From positions 1-64,000 of the forward strand of contig DF237476.1 of assembly GCA_000708835.1 (NCBI GenBank): a stretch of 64,000 nucleotides of DNA, read 5' to 3'. Under the pieces are notes generated by a model. It ran no database searches. It was not told the origin of the DNA and saw nothing but the letters and a program-made list of their open reading frames with translations. The translations under genes were made by a program, and so were the position numbers. Source of the stretch: Klebsormidium nitens (Eukaryota; Plantae; Klebsormidiophyceae). Position 1 is the stretch's first letter. Every line of letters begins with the position of its first letter. Of the stretch, positions 13,501-25,900 are shown in pieces.

Positions 13501-14719
13501 GCGATCCATTGGACCACGGAAGGCCCCCCAGAGCCATCTTCGGCAGACCATTCGTTGGCAGGGAGGTGGCCCGCGAGTGCGGTCTGTACACACAGAGCGA
13601 TGCTGGACTCACTGCCTGTCGATGCAGGGATTGAGGTCAGGTGTTCCAATCAGTGGAGCACCCTCAAAAGCCAACAACCAACTAGTGCCTTACAAGCAAA
13701 AAGAGGGCAACTCAAAACTTTTGCTCCTCGCTTCGCAGTTTGACCGCAGCTCAGGTAGAAATGTTCAACTGGTCCTCAATTCAACATGTTACTCGGGCCA
13801 GCTTTGAAAGCACAAGCAGAGTTTATGATGCGATTTTTCGAGTGGCCCTTCTTGATCGTGCATAGGCCCAGCCCAAACCAGAAGCTTCCTCTGTCCTGGG
13901 TGCTTGAGAACCTCAATCAAGAAGCTTTTGAGGATTAAAGACAACGCCATACCAGGGCCAGCGCTAGCTGTGCGCGAACGGCCGGCGGCCCCGCCTGGTA
14001 GCGCCCGAGCAGCAGCACCAGAGACTTGCGCAGCTGGTTTGCCGCTCCGGGGGGCAGCTCCTCGAAGTCCCGCTGGATCTTGGTGCGCAAGGTCTGTGCG
14101 CAGAAGTACTGCGCCTCCAGCGAGCTGGACGGGTCATGCAGAATCTGGTCTGACACTGCCCAGGCCTCCACAGTCTGCGAACCAGGGGGACAGGGAGACG
14201 GTGTCAGGAGCAGAATGGCGCTGCGGTGGTGGTACTTTGAAAAGAATCACTTCTACGTAGTTGGCATCAGACAAGTGCGATGCTTCAGACAATAGAAACG
14301 TAAGGCTTTGTGATCAAGGCTTGATGCACTTTAAGAAGACATGGCCAAATTGGAAGATACTCACTGAAGTGTATCGGCTCTTGATGCTACCGACCCACAT
14401 TTTTGCCATCGTCTTCGATTGCAAACTTTTCCGCAAAGTATGCTACTATGTTGATCGAACCGTGGCATTGGGAATCATAGGGTCCCATTCAAGCAGTCCT
14501 GTCCCATTCAAGCAGTCCTATCCTTTGAAGTTGCACCATAATCCTCGACCTCAAACCCTTTTGGCATACAACACGCGAATTGTACAAAAGGACAAAGCGC
14601 TTGCGCACCTGCTGGAAGTCCTCCAGCCATCTGCTGGCGGCATCCTTGACCGCCTGCTCCGGGTGGTGGTACAGCGCCTGCAGCGCCTCCAGAAGGACTG
14701 GCGCCACGCCCGGCGTCAT
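7571..14719 (-). CDS. MOS14: Transportin-SR / importin-beta family nuclear import receptor (MOS14/TNPO3-like), 12 exons
   Basis: Exons 14609-14719, 13953-14174, 13281-13583, 12737-12937, 12170-12415, 11487-11695, 10170-11088, 9513-9632, 9121-9213, 8639-8784, 8119-8296 and 7571-7852 are all GT-AG and splice in frame. The peptides match plant MOS14 as I recall it: LEALQALYHHP, FCAQTLRTKIQRDFEELP, TFNFWH, MERLCRACK, PDLADDCFLLAGRCLRYCP, ELSDVCRRN. Confidence 0.95.
14482..14520. repeat. 19-bp tandem duplication in MOS14 intron 1
   Basis: GTCCCATTCAAGCAGTCCT occurs twice head-to-tail. Confidence 0.85.
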
Positions 14720-15379
14720 GCTGCTCGCCTCCAGACAATTTGCTGACTCTGTGATACGAACAAATCCTAGTTCGATTACCTTGAAGGTTGCGTGCATTAG
14801 GAGAGACGCATTGAACTTGTATGAGATGAGTGGTTTCAAGGGTTTATGCAGCGGAGCAGCCGGGTTTCTGCACAAAGCAAACAAATGCACGTCCTTTCCA
14901 AAAATCAAAACAAAGACTTCTGAGACCACGTTGGGTTAGCTCCTTTCAATGCAAGCCTGGCAAGGATGACGAGGGGCCAGAGATGACACCTGGAAAACCT
15001 GTTTTATTAAAGGTGGCTCGACTCAAAAAGGTGGAATCCATATGAGAGATTGTTAGGTACAATCAGAACACCGCTTCGATGTACGACAGGGACACTGGAA
15101 AACGCGATTGGTAGTCTCATGAGATTCCACGTGGTTGATTATGGAAAGGTAGGTACCTTGTGGCGGTTGTAGAAACCAGCCCGCGGTTCAAAAACTTCTT
15201 CCAACGTTGCTGGTGCTGCCACTACGCATACACAACGATCACATGAAGCCAGATAGCAGAGTCCCCGCTCAAAGATGAGGCCAGATCAGTTGTGAAATGT
15301 AGCTTCTCAAACAAGGCTACAAGCCTTCTTCGGAGTCGTCAAACCCAACAAAAGCAACATGAAAGTATAAATCAGCCTA

Positions 15380-15700
15380 GCTAGCTAGCTGATATTAGCT
15401 GCCAGAGCGCATGCCGCTTGGCAGCGCGGCACGTACCGCGCGCGGCCAACTTCGGGGCGGCCGCTTTAGTTGCGCGCGCGCCCGCCTCATTCGAGAGTCG
15501 AGATTCGAGACTCGAGAAATTTCCCACTCCTACTAGATAGGTAGGCCGGCCAGCTGGCACCAGGCAGTGCCCACGTAACCGTACTGTAACCGACTTTTGT
15601 ACGGTTAACGGATTTTTAGGCCCCCCGCGAGACCTGGCAGGCTGGCACGCGGCAGCGTCCCTTGAGCGGATCAAGCTCCGGGCGCCAGCCAAATCATTGC
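15380..15700. promoter_or_regulatory. Putative bidirectional promoter between MOS14 (-) and the dioxygenase (+)
   Basis: CpG-rich island (CGCGCGCGG, GGCCGGCC, CCCCCCGCG) between two divergent genes; the call is positional inference only. Confidence 0.4.
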
Positions 15701-17132
15701 CCCGCGTGTGATGATGTCAAACTGTCCAAGCCTTGCGCATCTGTCTACCAAATGGACGATCGGACGGCTCTGACACATCGCGGATCACAGAGCTGGCAGC
15801 CATTGTACGGAATGATGCGTCGGAAACGGCGTCGGGACTCGGGAATCGGTCGGCGATCATGCATGCTAGCTATAGGCTTCAGTTCTGTCCGAGCACTGGC
15901 GCATTGCAGTTGAACTCTTTCCAGTCTGTCGAGCGCTGAGCCGCCATGCAAGCCTTGAATCAAGCTCAGCTCTGTTGTGTCAGCGCTTGTCTCCATATTG
16001 CATGGCCGCAAGCGACGCTCGGAGTCGAACTGAGGGAGGCCTCCGGAAGGCTCCACCAGCTTTGTCTCACGAGGCGCTTTGATACTCAAAACCAAGCTCG
16101 TTTTCTCATTTGCATTCGCTGGTTTGATTGGTGATTATGGTGGTCACATTGGCTATCCCTCCCATATGCTGACGCCTGCTCTAGTGCTTGTTACAATCTG
16201 CACCAACTGGCATTCCGTAGACAGCCCACTAGAGCACAAGCTGGCAGGGGAAAATAGTTGCAGAGCAGATTTGCCTTTCCAGTGACATTCACTGGCATAA
16301 AAGACGTGAGTAAGAGGTAGGTGCAAAACATGCAAAGCAACTGCCGAAGTGGAAAATTGTAGGGGAAGTTGTAGACGTTGCATTGAGCTCAGCTGCCTTA
16401 TACTGATGCTGTACTTATTGTCAATTCTTAGGGCTGCAGCTTGTAAGCGAAATACTCTGATGGCAAAACTGGGTGGTGTATCAGCGACCTGTGAGGGACT
16501 TGATGAATTGTCAGGACATCCTTTGAATGTATCAAAACTCTTTGGTACGGTGTTAGAGGTGGTACGACTTACCAACTAATTAAAGCGAGGCCTGGCTATT
16601 TGTTGGCTGAAGGCATTGGCACAGTTGGGTGGTGGTTGCTTGGTTGTGAGTTTTCTGTGTTCCTTTTACTGAAAGATTCCAGAATTGCGGGATATCACTT
16701 GTCTGGTGTACCCCGTTCAGTCTAAGAGGCCTGCATGTTAAATCTCTCCACCAAACTATTGCTGAACAGGCACCAAAAGATTGGCTGCCTTACAAATGAG
16801 AGTCAGAAGACAATGCAACCAGCAAAAAGTTAGACAGCTTGCACATGCACAGACTGCCACCAATCTGGCTGTTCAATGAAACTTGAACCCCTGGAAAGCG
16901 TCCTGAGTTTCGATTCAAAGAAAGCTCCTGGCAGCTGACATGCCCACCATAATCGTCCTATTGATTCCAATGACCATCCTGCTGTCAGAAGGTAGTCTGG
17001 CTTGCCTGCCTTACCTACAGTAGGCTTCTGAGAGCTCACCTGATCACCTCTACAGGTCCCAAGTCAGGTCTCGTTTCCTGCAATCCTCTGCAGTCTTGGT
17101 CAATTGTGGTGACATCTTAGTTCCTAGTGCAG

Positions 17133-17867
17133 GTTGTGCTACACCGTGTCCTTATGGCGCCCACACCTGATTCCGTGTCTTCTGAGAAAACGTACCCCGC
17201 CCCCGCGGTATGCGTCGACAGCAAGGGCCGCGACACTCCCTTCACGCCAGTACAAACCTCCGGGCCGTTCTACCCCCTCCATATGAGCCATGAAGACGTG
17301 GACAATGACCTCACCATCACGCACAGAGGCGCCCCGCGCGCGCTCGGCCAAGTGATCTACATCCGGGGACGGGTGACGGACCATGCCGGGCGGCCGGTCG
17401 CGGGCGCGCGGATTGAGGTGTGGCAAGCGTGCGCGAGCGGGAAGTATAATCACCCGGGAGACGACAATCCGCTTCCGTTGGACCCCAATTTCAAGTACTT
17501 TGGCCGTGCGAGCAGCGACGAGCACGGGCGGTACGTGTTCAAGTCCGTCAAGCCGAGCGCGTACGCGCCGAGCCCCGAGGGCGAGTACGGGTACCTTGCA
17601 AAGGACCCCGCGGAGGTGCGTCCCGCGCACGTCCACTTCAAGGTGTACAAGGACGGGTACAAGACGCTGATCACGCAAATGTACTTTGAGGGGGATCCCT
17701 TCCTGAAGACGGACCGGATCGTGCAGGCGCTGGCCCCCGAGAAGAGAGGGCTGGTCATCATTGCGGCGGAGTGGCCGCAGCCGCAGGACGAGCCGGCGTC
17801 ACACAGCTACGCGTTCAACATCGTGATGGAGCAGCAAGACATGCCGGACGGCGCGGCCGGGGCGTGA
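17133..17867 (+). CDS. Intradiol ring-cleavage dioxygenase, protocatechuate 3,4-dioxygenase beta (PcaH)-like
   Basis: The ORF carries QTSGPFYP, IRGRVTD..G.PVAGARIEVWQA..SGKYNH, PLDPNF, VKPSAY, RPAHVHF and LITQMYFEGDP. These motifs include the two Tyr and two His Fe(III) ligands of intradiol dioxygenases. A splice acceptor TGCAG ends at 17132; the first in-frame ATG is 17154; upstream exons are possible. Confidence 0.92.
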   Translation, partial: VVLHRVLMAPTPDSVSSEKTYPAPAVCVDSKGRDTPFTPVQTSGPFYPLHMSHEDVDNDLTITHRGAPRALGQVIYIRGRVTDHAGRPVAGARIEVWQACASGKYNHPGDDNPLPLDPNFKYFGRASSDEHGRYVFKSVKPSAYAPSPEGEYGYLAKDPAEVRPAHVHFKVYKDGYKTLITQMYFEGDPFLKTDRIVQALAPEKRGLVIIAAEWPQPQDEPASHSYAFNIVMEQQDMPDGAAGA

Positions 17868-18329
17868 GGGACGGGAGTTGCTGTTGTGAGAGGAACCGTG
17901 TAAGGTTGGTTGCATGGAACTTTTAGTCGTGGATGGTTGCGCAAGCAGAAGCTATAGGCGCTAGTCAAAGCTGCATTTGAGGAAGACGCATTCCGATCAT
18001 AGCGTTTTTGTAATTAAGGCTAGATAGGCCGGCTGCAGTAGAGTGGAAGTCAAGAGTCAGTGTCTGATACCATAGAAGGCCCGGTTGCGAGTGAGCATCT
18101 GGGCAAGGTCCTTGCAATATAACCTAGCTTGCTATGTTTCTGAACGCTGTACAGTATATCAAGTATACAAAGCATAGAAAGTATATATAAAGCATAGATT
18201 GGCACTGAGGCCCTTAGTAGAGGTTGTATAGTGATCTGCATAGTCGACAGTCAAAACGCCAAATTTCGGTGACGGTATACTCACCAAGGAAGTGAGAGCA
18301 GCTGCTTAGGATCGAACAGGCATGACCAA

Positions 18330-19660
18330 TATTACGCCAGCGGTACAAGAATCAGTCATTGAAATGTATATCATTCTGGAGCGCATCCAGGCCAACTGCA
18401 CTTTATCACAATAAGTTTCCTGAATTTTGTAGATGCGGCCGGATTAGTTCGAGCCGTTGGCGGGCTAGCACCACTTTCGAAATTGTCAAGGCTTTGACAC
18501 TAGTCGGATGCCAGCACAGTATCAAGCTAGCCAGGCTCCTGTATATTAATTGGTGGATCAAATGATGATCGCGGATGTGGTTATGTACGTCCCGCAGAAG
18601 GGGCTCCGGCCGGCCGCGCCGCGCGGCGGCCATGCGTTATGCAGCACAACACACCGTGTTGCTCAGCTTCAAAATTCCGCAGTACGGTCTCTCAGTGGTC
18701 AACGCTTCAACCTCGAGACGAAGTGCAACAGACAGGAAATTTGCAGCGCAATCTGGCCTGCCGCGCCACATGTGCAGTAGTTGCTTATTTTAGTGCAAAA
18801 ATTAAGAGTGATGTCTATCTAAGAACTCTCCCATGACAAACCATCTCGCACGATAGATACCGTCCCGGGAGCGGTTAATGCATGCATGCCATTGATCTTT
18901 GTTTACAACTTTGGTTCCGGGCGGCGCCGACTCACTGAAGGCTTATATGGACGTACGGCCTCCACCACGGTGCAGCTGCCGTCTGAAGAACAAAACTCTT
19001 ACCATATTCACGTCATGAAGCTGCATGCAGTATACTCATGTGCAATGACTAGCTGCATGTGATGGCCAAAGCTGTACTAAGCGGCCGACGTACTGGATCA
19101 TAAATATATACGTAATGTACGCTAAGTTAAATGGTCATGCACTCCGATTGAACATGGTCCGTAGCCGCCTACGTTTAAGGCAACAATCAACCGACGGTCG
19201 AATGCAGTGCGTAATGATTTACTTCAATCGATCGATCGGAATTGTATATACTTAGCTTTGCCACGTAAAGGACCCATACTATGATATCAACGATGATCGA
19301 CGTAATTAATTGGCCATGTGCGCCATGATGAATTACTGAGAGCTGCATCCAATTGCCAATGTATTGCAAATTAATACACATGCAATGATTGCATGACATA
19401 TTTACAGCCTGCAACTTCATCGTATACTGGACGGTCACCGGCACCATATGCCAACCGTATGTGCAGACTATAAGTGCAGTGGATAGTTTGCCCGTGCACC
19501 AACATGCAAACATTGATTTAAGGAGCGAAACCTTCCATGTCAAATCGACTTTCAAGCCGCCGCTCATGTTGGTGAGTTCAGCTGAATGGCTTATGCCAGG
19601 ACTCAGGTCATTTAAGGGTCCAAGCACGATTGCACTGCATGCCCAGCCGCAGTTTTGCTC
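18330..19660. other. Palindrome-rich spacer between convergent dioxygenase and EPCR genes
   Basis: ATGCATGCAT at 18878-18887 and ATCGATCGAT at 19227-19236, plus many CATG/TGCA/GTAC/TAATTA words and a CGCG cluster at about 18600-18635. Confidence 0.55.
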
Positions 19661-19944
19661 GGCTCTTCAAGTTCGAGCTCGAACCTACACATGAAATCTT
19701 CAAGATGACACAGATATCCTCACCGAGCGACTGCAATGTTAGTACAAAAGGCAAGAATCCGCAGCAACAACTCGCGAACCGTACTCATAGACGGGCGTTT
19801 CAATTGCATAGGATGTAACTTCGGAGTTCAAAGAAGTACCAAACCTAACCGGAAGCAGGTACTTTGACGGCAGTCTCGACCACCCTCAAGACATTACAAA
19901 GACAAAATTGGGCCCCGCTCCAATTTACACGGAATATGCACCAC

Positions 19945-22900
19945 CTACTGCCGCGGCGTCGCCCGCCCTTTCTTCCGCCCCGGCCGCCCCTTCGGCGACG
20001 TCATCAACCCGCTACCGGCAATGTTGCTCACGCTCGCCAACGTCTGTGGCCCCTCCCCCATCCGGTAACTATCCAGCCCCTCGACATCGACTCGCAGGTC
20101 CCGGGGGCGCGGCCGCGAGACTTTGTACCCCTCGAAGAACGGCCCATGCACCGGGTCAAAGTCGACGTCATCCTCGTCGTCATCCAACGACAGGGCGCTT
20201 ACACTGCACGCCCCAGTCCCCTTCCGGCGCGCCCTCGCGCCAGCACCATCCCGGCTTCCTCCCCCCTCCATGTTTAACCTACTCGCCGCTTCGAGCTCTT
20301 CCATGGGCCAGATGTCGAGTCCCTGCTGCCCAATATCCTGACCCCACACCCGCTTTTCCTTCCATAGCTGCCGTTCCCTTTCCAGCAACGCCGGCAAGTC
20401 GATTGACAGCAGCGGATCGGCGGCCTCCAGACTGTATGCCGCATGCGCTTCCGCCCCTTCGTTTGCGGCCTTCTCCGCCCCCCCCAAGAGAGCATCCGGG
20501 ATGCCGTCCGCTTCCGGAATCCCCGCCAACTCCTCCGCGCTCCGAATATCCGCCGGGGTCGTAAGAACGACCAGTTCTCGATCCAGCTCATCCTCCTCCA
20601 TCTCGTCCCCGCTTCCCACGTCCACGTGAAGCCCTTTAGGGCGTCCCGACTCTCCCCCCCCCTCCTCCGCCCCCTCAACGGGCCCCCCCAGGGCTGCCGT
20701 TTCTGCCGGCGCACCCCCCGAAGCTTGCCCCGACTTCGGCCGGCCTCGCGCCCCCTTCGCCGACCCCCCCCGGCCCCTCCCCTTCGCCTGAGGTAGGCTT
20801 TTCTGCTCCACGGACGGCTCTGCCGGGGGCGGCGGCGGTTCCGTCGTAGGTGCTGCCCGAGCGGCAAGCTCCTTTTCGTACAGCTCTTGGCACTCCGCCA
20901 GCGCGTGAGCGGCGCGGATCATGGCGGCGTCAGCCACGGCCGCCATGAACTGGGCGTGCGTGCGCAGCTCCCGCGCATGGGCCACCGCACGAGCAGCGAT
21001 CTGCGCGATCGTTTCTTTCTTGGGGCTGTAGGTTTGGATGCGCTTGCGCTTGCGGGGTCGCCGCCCGTCGGTGGGGAAGTGCCTGAGATGACGTAAACGA
21101 GAAGCAGTCAGAGAGAGAGACACAAGAAAAGGTTTCATGCAGGTGCAAGAAACTGAGGGCCTGCCGAGGGGCGATAGTGCAGAACCTCCACCCTCTTACA
21201 TGCAGCGCAAGTCGGCTTCAGAGGTGAGCGCAAGCAGCTTGTTTCATCAAAAGGCTGACACAATGTTCAGAAACGAAATGGGACCGCTCTACTCGAACGA
21301 TTCTCAGCAGTACGAACTTACTTCAAGCATCGTGGTTCGCACAGCCTCTTGCCAAAGCACACCGGCACAGCGCGCTCCACAGCACGTTGCTACCAACCAG
21401 CCCGATCTCACAAAGCGTAAGTTCGCCTGTGTCTAACCAACATTACATTGTCAAACTCACAGAGTATCTTTTCTGAATCATAACCTCCCACTCTCGTGTC
21501 TTACCTGGGAAACTTCCCCTGCGCCGCCCGCAGCGCCGCTTGCTTTGCCGCCTTTGCCGCCCTTGCCGCAGCCGTCCTGGCCTTGATTCCGACTCCCCCT
21601 GGCATGCTGCGGGCCATTTTGCGGGCCGCACTGCTCCCGGACAGGGCCTCGGGACTCCACGGCGCTTGGTAGAGGCCCTCGCTGGGCACCTCGGAAGCGA
21701 AGGGGTCGGCAAGGCGCGAGCGCTTTGAGGGCCCTAAGGGGCCGAGGGCGCTGCGCTTACGGGTCGCTTCGTGGGCGAGGTAGTCGTCGAAGCCTGGGGG
21801 AAATAAGTGGTTGGTTTAGTGAACAGGAGCTTTTGCCGGCAGTCGTATTGCGCTTTGCGCTTGTCGGCCATCGGTAGATTGGGCACACGTTGTGCCTTGG
21901 AAAATTAGTTGAAGTTTGACCCGGTCGTCTAAACAGCCGACTGTTGACATGATTATGCGAATGAACTGAGGCCCTCGTCGGCAAGCCGTTGACACTCCCG
22001 TCAACTGACTTACTGGTGTCAAAGTAAGCACAGAGCCAAGTCTCCGAGTGGGCAGAGCCTCTGCTTACTCAGCAAAAGCTTCCTCTTTAACCGGCCCATG
22101 AGACACACCTACTCTTCCAACGTCGGAATGCTCCATTATCCTCCAGATCACAGAAAAAAAAGCTCTATCCATCAAAAGGACCAATCTAGCAGACTCCTTA
22201 CCGAGCCCTTCTTCTTCCATGTAGCCTTCCCCTTGGCCGCCCTCGTCCCCCACGCCAAACTCGCCCCCGCTGACTGGTGTGAACTCGCGCCCCGGACTGG
22301 GGGTGTGCAGCGACCCCAGGGGGCGGTACTGGGGGGACCAAAGGGGGCCCAACCGGCTGGCCGAGGCGGCAGAGGACGCCTTGCCGCGCACGGCCTTCTT
22401 GCCTGCAAACAGCAAGTGCACGTCTAAAAGCCCGCCCTTGAGCATCAAGATATCACTGGTCATGCAATAGGCATGGTTTTGAGAAGCAGAATCCGCATCC
22501 CTTGAGCAGCCCAGTGTCTGCTGGATGCTCCAGAGGAATCAAATCTCGTTCGGAACAATTGCTGGCATCTGCTTGGTGGTCCGCTGCACAGGCACCTTTG
22601 CAGCTACATTGCAATGGCCATGAGGTGCTAACGGACACACAGGATTACCAGACTCTCGTCGCAATCATTTAAGAAGCACCACTGATAAGTTGATGAACGC
22701 AAAGCAGACTGTGGCGCATGTCACTGAAGACCCCAGCCGTGCCCACTCACCAAACCTGCGTTTGAGGCTGGTCCTGGGCCGCCCAGGGCTGTTCCCCGTC
22801 TTGCGCTGCAGGCGGCGCTGCTCCTTGCTGTACGACGTGGGCCGCAGCGAGAACGCGTCAAGGGGGGGTTTCTTGGTGGCTACAAACGGGCGGCCCTCGC

Positions 22901-25900
22901 GCTGGCACGCTGCACGGCGGGCAGCTTCGCTCTCCTGCCACTCCTTCACGAGCTGCTGGTAGCGAGACCAGGGGGTGGGCTGCGAGGGGAAACGGTGGGG
23001 GGTGTGTGAGAGCAACCCACAGAACGAAAGCTCAAAGAGGTTTGACGGGGGAAGTATAGCTTGGTGCACCCATTACAGAAAGTTGCCAGGTTAGAGGTAT
23101 GGGGGATGTTTGCAGTACTCGCGCACTTCAGCAACGCAACCATCGAGATATTGGCTTGGTTGGCATAGCAGGTATCAAGAAGCAAAGCGAGCGCTGACGC
23201 AAGGAGTAAGGGGAACACAACCGATTGGGCTGCGCGTTCAAGGACAGCTGGCACTCTTTTTAACGTCTGTCATGCATCTAATGACCCCAACAGAAGCCAT
23301 ACGCTGAAGAATCAACCTTCTAGTGTACGGATGAGGGACAGCTGCCCAGGTCCATTCCCCAGCAAGCATTGCCCGCATCAAAGCAAGGCCAGTGACAAAC
23401 AACAGGTGAGCACCGCCCTACCTGGAAGTAACGGATGAGCGCCTTCCCCAGCTTCTGCCTCCTGCCCCGCCAATGCGCATACACCGTCCTCACCAGGTCC
23501 CCAGGCGCCAGCCCCTCGCACGCCCGGTACCCCTCCTGCTTTGACACCACAACTCCCGCCAGAGCCGACGCCTTTTCTAGCTTGTCCACGATGCGCTCCA
23601 GAGTGTCAACGTCGATCGCCTGGCTGCACGGCTGCAGACTCAGCGCCTCCCAGTCCTCCTCCACGAGGCCCCGTTCTGCCGGCGACCGCTCTTCCGCCGC
23701 TGCCTTCTCTGCACCGGGCCCTCCTTCCACAGGGCCTTCCGACTTTGGTACCAAGAGGCCCTGTGAAGCTGGCGGAAAAGGGCCCCCTGCGGCTGTGCTT
23801 CTGCCATCTGCCCCGCCATCGACAAGGCCTTCCAGCTTCGAGACCTGGGGGCCCTGTCCCGCCGGAGGTCGCTCCTCTGCCGCTGCCTCCTGCCCACCAG
23901 CCCCGCCTCCAACAAGGCCTTTTGGATTCAGGCCCTGCTCAACCGGCTGCTGCTCCCCTGCTGGTGCTATCTCCACATCGAACTGCCCTTCTACAGGGCC
24001 TCCTGATTGCGCAATCGCAAGAGGGGGAGCGTCGATGTGTGGCACCGGAGCTGAAGGTGCTGCTTCTGTGCTCAAGCCTTCTGCTGACAACGCATCAGGC
24101 TTCTTGTCAGCAAGCAACCTCTCGCCGACAGCCACCTCAGCGCCCGCCGTCTGCTCTTCAGCGGACATCCTTTCTATCTTTTCGAGGGACTCAAGGTGCC
24201 CCGTGTCTGCCGGCGCCTCGCTTGACACCAGCCCAGACACACCAGCAAGCTCTGCCCGCTCAGGGGGAGCTGTGTCACAGCCCCCAATGCTAGACGCCAG
24301 AGCCCCCAGCTCCGCTCCTGCCCCTTCCACCTGATTTCCAGTCCCTACTCCTGGCATGACCTCCGAGCTCACTGTTCGATCCGCACCCTCCGCATCGTTT
24401 CCAGGCGCGCTCTCCTGGCCCGTATCCCATAGAAGACAACCCATCATTTCGCCCAGCACAGCATCGCCCCCCACTAGATCATCAGTCTCCCCGCTGCCCC
24501 CCTCCAAAACAACGCTGGGAGGCCTAACTTCTGCCCCCACACCCCCAAGCCAATCCTCCGACACCGGTGCAGCGACAAAGCCACTGGCAGCGCTCGCACG
24601 GTTTACCTCTTCTAGCCACTCCTCATCCTCACTGTCCGCGTCGTACAGAACAGTTGCCGACTTTCGCGCCAGGCTCGCATCGTCCTCCGCATGCTTGATG
24701 TACGCCCCTTCTCCCCGCACGTCTGCCCCAGGGGGGTAGTTTGCCTCGTAGTTCTCCACTTCGACCACCCCCGGGATCGGGATCTTCTTGCTCCGCGCCG
24801 CCTTGCGCACCTTCACCAGGACCTGGTCATGCAAGTCCTTGAACCGGTGCCAATCGATCCGCGCGTTGAACACCAGCGACCAATGCGGCCCCTCAGGCTT
24901 CTCGCTCGCGCTCCAAACCACCGCGCCAGTCATTGGCACAATCCGCCCCTCAGGCCCATACCTCTCCGGCAGATACGTCTTCACTACTTCCCCCCCCCTC
25001 AGCACAGCCAGCCGCCAGCCCCCCGCCCCGTCTTCTTGCTCCTCCACGATGACATCGTCACCCAGACCCTCCCCGCCTTCTTTCAAGAGGAGCACCGCAC
25101 TGCACGGCCCTTCGAGATCCTCGTACTCCTCCTCGTATCCGTCCCAGCTCTCGTCCGGCCCCTCCGCAGCCCCGAGCGCCAACACCCCGACATTGACCCC
25201 CCCCTCTGCCGGGCTCATGCTGCGCTTCCCTGGCGGCCGGCCAACCTTCCGCCGTGGCTCTCCCTCCACGTAATCCCTCGGAGTCCGCTTCCGCTTGCTG
25301 CTTTGCGCAAACAGCCCAGTCTCCGGGTCCAGCCCCCGCTTCTTCTTCTTCCCTTTCGTGCGGACCTTCTTCACGCCCTGCGGCGGCTCCCACTGGTTGC
25401 CCCCCTGAGGCAGAAGTGGAGGTGCGCTCTCCGACTTGGCGCTCGTGCTCGGCCCCGCCATATCAGCCGAGGGTGCTGGCGGCGAAGGCGGCCCCGGTTC
25501 GGGGGGGAGCAGTTCCCACTGTGAGCGGTCCGTCACAGAGCGCTTCAGCTTGAGGAGATAAGTCATGGGAGCGGTGCGCGACAGCGTGCCCCCATCTTGC
25601 ACCTCCCGCTTCCGCGGCTTGCTCCGCTTCTTCTTGCTCTGGTAGTACACGTTCGGGCCAGAAAGCAGCATCCCAGGGTGTGCGTCCGGCACCCGGGGGG
25701 GCAGCACCGGGGGAGCATCAGCCCCTCCTGAGCCGTGCATTTCTGCAGGAACGCCGTCACCCCCCTGAGGGCGCACCTCAATGGTCTCTGGCTGCTGCCT
25801 GATGACTGTCACGCCCGCAGTAAGCCCAGGCAATGCTGCTGCAGAAGGCCCCCTGGGGAGAGAAGGCTGGCCGGGGGAGACCGCTATTTGCTGCGAAACC

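Noticed and set aside
15745-17040. Short ORFs between the promoter island and the dioxygenase exon
   Set aside because: There is no consistent frame; most likely 5' UTR exons and introns, although a small N-terminal coding exon (e.g. about 16264-16305) cannot be excluded.
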